Shown piece after piece: positions 49,466-53,953 of a stretch of DNA of 53,953 nt (the first letter of the stretch is position 1; each line of letters starts with the position of its first letter). Position numbers and translations under genes: made by a program. Origin of the DNA: Thermoplasmata archaeon (GTDB lineage Archaea; Thermoplasmatota; Thermoplasmata; Lutacidiplasmatales; UBA184); assembly GCA_049799275.1 (NCBI GenBank), contig JBARHO010000069.1, positions 1 to 53,953 of the forward strand, given 5' to 3'. Below the pieces are notes generated by a model. It saw only the letters and a program-made list of their open reading frames with translations. It had not been told where the DNA came from and ran no database searches.

Positions 49466-49810
49466 CTACCGGGGCACCGGCGGCGGGCTGAAGCTCCGGT
49501 CCAACAGTCGCTGCCAGTTCCGTCGGGTCCCGTCCAGGGATCCCGGAGTTCCGGTCAGGAGATGCTCCACCCGCCCATCGCTCCATTCCAGGAAGACCTG
49601 GGGAATGAGATAGTCCTCCACCCAGTCGCCGTACCGCTTGACCAGTTCGTCGGCGATGATCTCCTCCCCCGGCACGTCGATGTCGAGCAACTGGACCGGG
49701 ACGCCCAAGAGGGCTCCCAGCCGGTCGACCGGCTCGGTCGACACGGGTACGCAATGCGGGCACCAGTGCGCATAGACGAGAACGATCTTGGCCGGACGAA
49801 CGATCTCCAT
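49466..49810 (-). CDS. thioredoxin-fold protein with CPHC active site
   Basis: KIVLVYAHWCPHCVP has the W-C-x-x-C redox motif at the start of a ~110-aa protein. Confidence 0.7.
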   Translation of the reverse strand: MEIVRPAKIVLVYAHWCPHCVPVSTEPVDRLGALLGVPVQLLDIDVPGEEIIADELVKRYGDWVEDYLIPQVFLEWSDGRVEHLLTGTPGSLDGTRRNWQRLLDRSFSPPPVPR

Positions 49811-49902
49811 GATCCCGAGCCCTCTGCTCCTCGCCGGGCATCGGAGAATTCAACGATGGTTCAAATAGCCCCGGTGGGTCGTCCCATGCGAGGACCCAGC
49901 TC

Positions 49903-50241
49903 GTGACCCCGCGGAAGTCCTCCCGTTCTCGTTCGAAGCGATCGACGAGGTCCGCCAGCCCCCGCACACCTCCGAGTCACCCGGATCGCTCGACCGCGCA
50001 CGCGCTCACCTCGGAAGATCGTTTGCGATCCCCCTCGGGGACCGTTCGGGTCGACGAACCGGTCCACACGCACATCGTCTGCCAGGCGTGTGGCCGCATC
50101 GCACAGTTCCCGCTCGCTCCCGAGGAGGAGACCATCCTCCTGCTGCTCGCGGAACGGCACCCGAAGGACTGGGAGGTGGACCGCATCGCGTTCTCCCTCA
50201 CCGGGTCCTGCCGCGCCTGTCGCCAAGGGCGCCCGCAGTAA
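49903..50241 (+). CDS. Fur-family-like C-terminal metal-binding domain ORF (N-terminal wHTH not recognisable; possibly a degraded gene)
   Basis: HTHIVCQACGRI...(40 aa)...GSCRACRQG reproduces the Fur/PerR HxHxxCxxCG ... CxxC structural-Zn pattern. The first ~50 codons after the GTG are Arg/Ser/Pro low complexity. Confidence 0.4.
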   Translation: MTPRKSSRSRSKRSTRSASPRTPPSHPDRSTAHALTSEDRLRSPSGTVRVDEPVHTHIVCQACGRIAQFPLAPEEETILLLLAERHPKDWEVDRIAFSLTGSCRACRQGRPQ

Positions 50242-51443
50242 TGGGCTACTTCACCGCCCCGCAGATCGCGTTCGGGGCCGGGGCGATCGAACAGCTGAGC
50301 GCGATCGCATGTACCCGCGCCTGTCTGGTCGTGGACCCGTCGCTGGTCGACCACGATCGGACGAAGCGGATCATCGAGGAGATCGGCAAGACCGGGGCCA
50401 CCGTCGAGGTCGTCGACAAGGTCGAGATCGGACCGACGCTCGCATCGATCGAGCCGGTCGTGGAGGACCTGCGTTCCTTCGGGCCGGATTGGATCGTGGC
50501 GGTCGGGGGCGGCAGCACGATCGATACCGCCAAGGCCGGCTGGGTCCGCTATGCCGACCCCGAGGTCACGTTGGGATCGGTCACGCCGCTCCGCGACCTG
50601 GGCTTGAGGAGGAAGGCCCGTTTGATCGCGATACCCTCGACGAGCGGCAGCGGGAGCGAGGCGTCCTGGCAGGCGCATCTGAGGGACCCGGAGGGTCGTC
50701 TCATCGAGATCGCATCTCGGGAGCTCGTTCCCGATTGGGCCCTTTTGGACCCGCTCCTACCGATGTCGATGCCCCGAGAGGTCCTGGCCGACACCGCCGC
50801 CGATGCCTTTGGCCATGCCCTTGAGGCCCTGGTCTCGGAATGGTCGGACCCGTTCTCCGACGCGATGGCGCGCGAGACCATCCGGACCGCGGCCGAGCTC
50901 TTCCCTCGGCTGATGAAGGACCGGGACGATCTCGAGCTGCGCGAGCGGTGGCACGCGGCCGCCACGATGGCGGGCCTCGCCGTTTCCAATGCGCAGACCG
51001 GGGCCGCGCATGCCTTGGCCCACGCCCTCTACCCGTACGTTCGCCTGCCGCACGGCCGACTGGTCGGGATCGTGCTCCCGTACCTCCTCGATTTCAACTA
51101 TCCCTCCGCCCGGGAGCGGTATGGGACCCTGGCATCGATCTTCGAGGACCCGGTGGTCCGTTCCCGAGGACACCTGGCCGCCCATGTGCAGTCGCTCCTC
51201 AGCGAGATCGGTCTACCCGCGACCCTATCGCTCGCCGGGGTGACCCCTTCGGCCGTGGAGGATCATCTCGAGGAGATCGTCCAACGCGCGATGTCGTCCT
51301 CCTCCGCCCGGTCGAACCCCCGGATCGCTTCGGCCGCGGAATGGCGCGGGCTGGTCCAACAGGTCCTTCGCGGACCGGTGTACACTCCTGATCCCATGTC
51401 CCGTGCGGAGCGTCCGAGCGGCGCAGGGTCCCCCCGATCATAG
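50241..51443 (+). CDS. iron-containing alcohol dehydrogenase family protein
   Basis: Internal ATG of ORF 50088..51443, overlapping the preceding stop (TAATG). Contains VAVGGGSTIDTAK, IAIPSTSGSGSE, DAFGHALE and HALAHAL...HG. Confidence 0.85.
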   Translation: MGYFTAPQIAFGAGAIEQLSAIACTRACLVVDPSLVDHDRTKRIIEEIGKTGATVEVVDKVEIGPTLASIEPVVEDLRSFGPDWIVAVGGGSTIDTAKAGWVRYADPEVTLGSVTPLRDLGLRRKARLIAIPSTSGSGSEASWQAHLRDPEGRLIEIASRELVPDWALLDPLLPMSMPREVLADTAADAFGHALEALVSEWSDPFSDAMARETIRTAAELFPRLMKDRDDLELRERWHAAATMAGLAVSNAQTGAAHALAHALYPYVRLPHGRLVGIVLPYLLDFNYPSARERYGTLASIFEDPVVRSRGHLAAHVQSLLSEIGLPATLSLAGVTPSAVEDHLEEIVQRAMSSSSARSNPRIASAAEWRGLVQQVLRGPVYTPDPMSRAERPSGAGSPRS

Positions 51444-51525
51444 AGCTGCCCGGTTCTCTATAGTTCCGGGGGATCCCTCGTCGGACCGGCCGGGGGGGAG
51501 AACGTTCCCAGTAGGGTCCGGTTCA

Positions 51526-52587
51526 CTAGGAGGTCGTCGCACCCTGAGGTTCACCGCGGGCGGTCACCGTTGATTCGATCGCGTGGTTGATCGCGATCTC
51601 GGCGAGGTCGCTCGCATAGAGCGCGCTCCGTTCCAGGCTCTCGAGCACATACGCGAGCCCGACCGCCATCCGACCCCGCTTCGTGGAGAGCTCGCGCAGG
51701 ATCTTCTCCCGCTCCCGGGAGACGTGCTTCGCATCGTCAACGACCGCGTTCGCGCGGACGATGTCCTTCTGCTCGAGACTATCGACCGCCTCCGAGAGGA
51801 CGCGGGCGGCCGCATCGGAGAGGTGTTCGAGCTCGGTGACGAGCGCGCCCGGCGGGGACTCCTTTCCGAGGATGGACACCGTCTCGGCGATCCGGACAGC
51901 GTGGTCCGCGATCCGTTCCAGGACGCGCGAGGCCAGCAGGTACGTCGAGCACTCCGGAAGGGTCAGCCCGAGCGACGTAAGGGTACGCACGTCGCGGAGC
52001 GCGGTGGTGACCTGCTTCTGCACGAACCAATGGAGGCGGTCGACCTCCCAGTCCCGCTCGATGACGTCCCGGGCGATCAACGCGTCCTGGCTCTTGAACG
52101 CCGCCATGGCATCGACCTGCATGGAACGGACCATCTGATGCATCCGCCGGATCACCGAGGGGATCGGGAGCGGGTTCGCCCCGACCACGTCCTGGAGCAC
52201 CACGGCCTCGGCCGTCTCCTCGAGGATCTCGGGACCGATCATCCGCTGGGCGAAGCCTCGCACCACGTCGCGGGTCTTCGCGCTCATCCGCCCGTGGGTC
52301 CGCACCTCGAGGAGCGGCGCCCCCGCGATGTACTCGGCGACGAGGACGCGGAAGAGGTGCGCCTGGTCCATATCGTTCGTCACCTCGACCGTGCGTCGGA
52401 TGTTCTCGCCCCGCGGCGCGTCCTCCGGGTACATGGTCAGTGTGCCGTCGGACCGGGGCGTGAAGACGAGGACGTCCCCGGCATGGAGCCCGCGCTGGGT
52501 CACCCAGCTCTTCGGGAGCGAGATGATGAACGTCGAACCGCCGGTCTTTTGGATCCGACGGCCGTGGAACCCTCCGGTGGTCCTCAT
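51526..52587 (-). CDS. phoU: archaeal-type phosphate uptake regulator: AbrB/SpoVT domain + two PhoU domains
   Basis: Internal ATG (MRTTGG...). IQKTGGSTFIISLPKSWVTQRGLHAGDVL is the AbrB-like swapped hairpin. Two PhoU repeats follow (ERIADHAVRIAE, DLAEIAINHA). Confidence 0.85.
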   Translation of the reverse strand: MRTTGGFHGRRIQKTGGSTFIISLPKSWVTQRGLHAGDVLVFTPRSDGTLTMYPEDAPRGENIRRTVEVTNDMDQAHLFRVLVAEYIAGAPLLEVRTHGRMSAKTRDVVRGFAQRMIGPEILEETAEAVVLQDVVGANPLPIPSVIRRMHQMVRSMQVDAMAAFKSQDALIARDVIERDWEVDRLHWFVQKQVTTALRDVRTLTSLGLTLPECSTYLLASRVLERIADHAVRIAETVSILGKESPPGALVTELEHLSDAAARVLSEAVDSLEQKDIVRANAVVDDAKHVSREREKILRELSTKRGRMAVGLAYVLESLERSALYASDLAEIAINHAIESTVTARGEPQGATTS

Positions 52588-52703
52588 GGAGCGCCGCGGG
52601 CCCACCGAGCCGGTTTCTATATAGATTTGGTGCACGGCCGGTCGGGCCCCTGTTCCCGGGCGCACGCGGCTAAATAATCGGCCCGGTGGTGCCCCGCCCA
52701 TTC
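52588..52703. promoter_or_regulatory. divergent promoter region with two back-to-back TATA-like boxes
   Basis: TTTCTATATAGATTT (52614..52628) is centred about 34 nt from the PhoU ATG. GCTAAATAATCGG (52668..52680) is centred about 30 nt from the ATG at 52704. Confidence 0.45.
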
Positions 52704-53953
52704 ATGGAACCTGAGCCGCTCGTGAAGGTCCGCTTCCGCGGCCGGATCCGGACGGCCGACCCGAACGAACCGCTATCCCACGCTCTGGGAAAGGACCCTT
52801 TCTCGATCCTCCAACGCTCGATCCGCTACCATCGCCCTCGGGCCCCGTTCTGCGGGGTGGGCTACTGTACCCAATGCCTGGTGCGGGTCAACGATGCCCC
52901 GAACGTCCGGAGCTGCCGGTATCTTCCGAAGGAGGGCGACGTCATCGAGACCGAGAACGCCTGGCCGCGGCCGGGGCTGGATCTTCTGGGCGCTCTCGAT
53001 TGGATCTTCCCGCGTGGGATCGATACCGTCCACGGGTTCCGTCGGCCGGCGTTCCTGACACCCCTCTACCATCGGGTGGTCCGGCGCTTGGCGGGGTACG
53101 GGGAGCTTCCCCGGCACGCTCCCGAGCGGCCGCCCTCCTCGGTCGGTCCCCCGACCCCTACCGACGTACTCGTGGTCGGAGCGGGTCGGGCCGGCCGTGC
53201 GGCGGCCGAGCGGCTCGAAGAGCATGGGGTCTCGACCATCGTGATCGAACGGGAGCGGGCCGCTCTCCCTCCGGCGTCCCTGCGTGGGGTCCATGCCAGA
53301 ACGACCGCCGTCTTCCTGAGCCGGCGATCGGTCGGTGAACGGAGCTCGTTCGGAGCGATCGTCGTCCCGGAAGGTCGCCCGGCCCTCGCGATCACCGCGC
53401 GGTCCGTGATCCTCTCCCCCGGCGGATATGACGCCTCCCTCTTCTTCGCCGGGAACGACCGCCCGGGGGTGGTGGTCGCCGACCAGGCCGAACGGGCGGC
53501 GCCGGTCGCGGGTCCCCGTCCGTTCCGTCGGGCCCTCTTGTTCGGAGGCGGCCCGCGCGCCGCGGAGATGCTCCGTCGGTTCGGCGAATCGGTCGAGGCG
53601 GTCGCGTCGTTCGGGGCCATCGATCCCGAGGTGACCTTGCGCGCCTCCGAGCTTGGGATCCCGCTCTACCCCCGGACCATCCTGCTCCGGGCCGATGGCC
53701 GGGCCCGCGTGCGGTCCGTCCGGCTCCGTTCCCGCGGAGGGGAGACCACCTTCTCCCTCTCCGTTGATGCGGTCGTCCTCGCCCACCGGCGCCTCCCGAA
53801 CGCCCAGCTCTTCTTCCAACTCGGGGCCCGGATGCACTGGGAGCCTTCCATCGGCCACTATCTTCCGGACCTCACCGACACGCTCGAGACCACGGTCCCA
53901 GGACTGTTCGCGGCCGGGGAGGCCGCCGGCTTCCCCCCCGATGGGACGGCGGC
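52704..53953 (+). CDS. 2Fe-2S-binding / FAD-dependent oxidoreductase (sarcosine-oxidase-alpha/HcnB-like), 3' end beyond window
   Basis: Absent from the ORF track because it has no stop in the window. My translation is MEPEPLVKVRF...FCGVGYCTQCLVRVNDAPNVRSCRY (Fer2_4-type Cys cluster), then DVLVVGAGRAGRAAAERL (Rossmann GxGxxG) ...GLFAAGEAAG, with no stop to nt 53953. Confidence 0.8.
   Translation, partial: MEPEPLVKVRFRGRIRTADPNEPLSHALGKDPFSILQRSIRYHRPRAPFCGVGYCTQCLVRVNDAPNVRSCRYLPKEGDVIETENAWPRPGLDLLGALDWIFPRGIDTVHGFRRPAFLTPLYHRVVRRLAGYGELPRHAPERPPSSVGPPTPTDVLVVGAGRAGRAAAERLEEHGVSTIVIERERAALPPASLRGVHARTTAVFLSRRSVGERSSFGAIVVPEGRPALAITARSVILSPGGYDASLFFAGNDRPGVVVADQAERAAPVAGPRPFRRALLFGGGPRAAEMLRRFGESVEAVASFGAIDPEVTLRASELGIPLYPRTILLRADGRARVRSVRLRSRGGETTFSLSVDAVVLAHRRLPNAQLFFQLGARMHWEPSIGHYLPDLTDTLETTVPGLFAAGEAAGFPPDGTA

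Noticed and set aside
1-53953. Integrase, transposase, IS element, rRNA or cas genes anywhere in the window
   Set aside because: I scanned all listed translations for tyrosine-recombinase (R..HxxR..Y), DDE and serine-recombinase signatures and for Cas hallmarks and recognised none. Absence by eye is not proof, and an HMM scan is needed.

Overview
G+C-rich 54-kb chromosomal segment that reads as archaeal. The evidence is a thermopsin-family protease, an AbrB-PhoU regulator, a CCA-less tRNA, and TATA-like boxes about 25-35 nt upstream of several start codons. A Thermoplasmatota-like host is my unverified guess. I support about 55 protein genes on both strands. Housekeeping and central-metabolism genes include glnA with a divergent Lrp/AsnC regulator, aconitase, truA, an aminotransferase, an amidohydrolase, an Fe-ADH, PhoU and one tRNA-Leu. 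They are interleaved with accessory-looking genes: repeat-rich surface proteins, two secreted phosphoesterases, ArsR/TetR + SRPBCC cassettes, VOC/GNAT/DUF proteins and two class III nucleotide cyclases. I recognised no rRNA, CRISPR array, cas gene, integrase or transposase. Four things stand out. (1) The last 22 nt of tRNA-Leu(CAG) recur perfectly 4.2 kb downstream. The two copies bracket an integrase-less seven-gene islet with a RelE/RHH toxin-antitoxin pair, and both ends carry homologous palindromic junction modules that mimic the tRNA T-arm. (2) Directly next to the islet is a locus with two bacterial-style multidomain class III cyclases, one interrupted by a frameshift, flanking a small single-pass membrane protein. 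(3) There are paralogue pairs 10-30 kb apart (alpha/alpha-toroid proteins, phosphoesterases) and a beta-sandwich repeat module shared by two surface proteins. (4) A Fur-like ORF lacks a recognisable DNA-binding half and is translationally coupled to an Fe-ADH. All product calls rest on motif recognition by eye. No database search, tRNA scan or composition calculation could be run, so they are hypotheses to verify.
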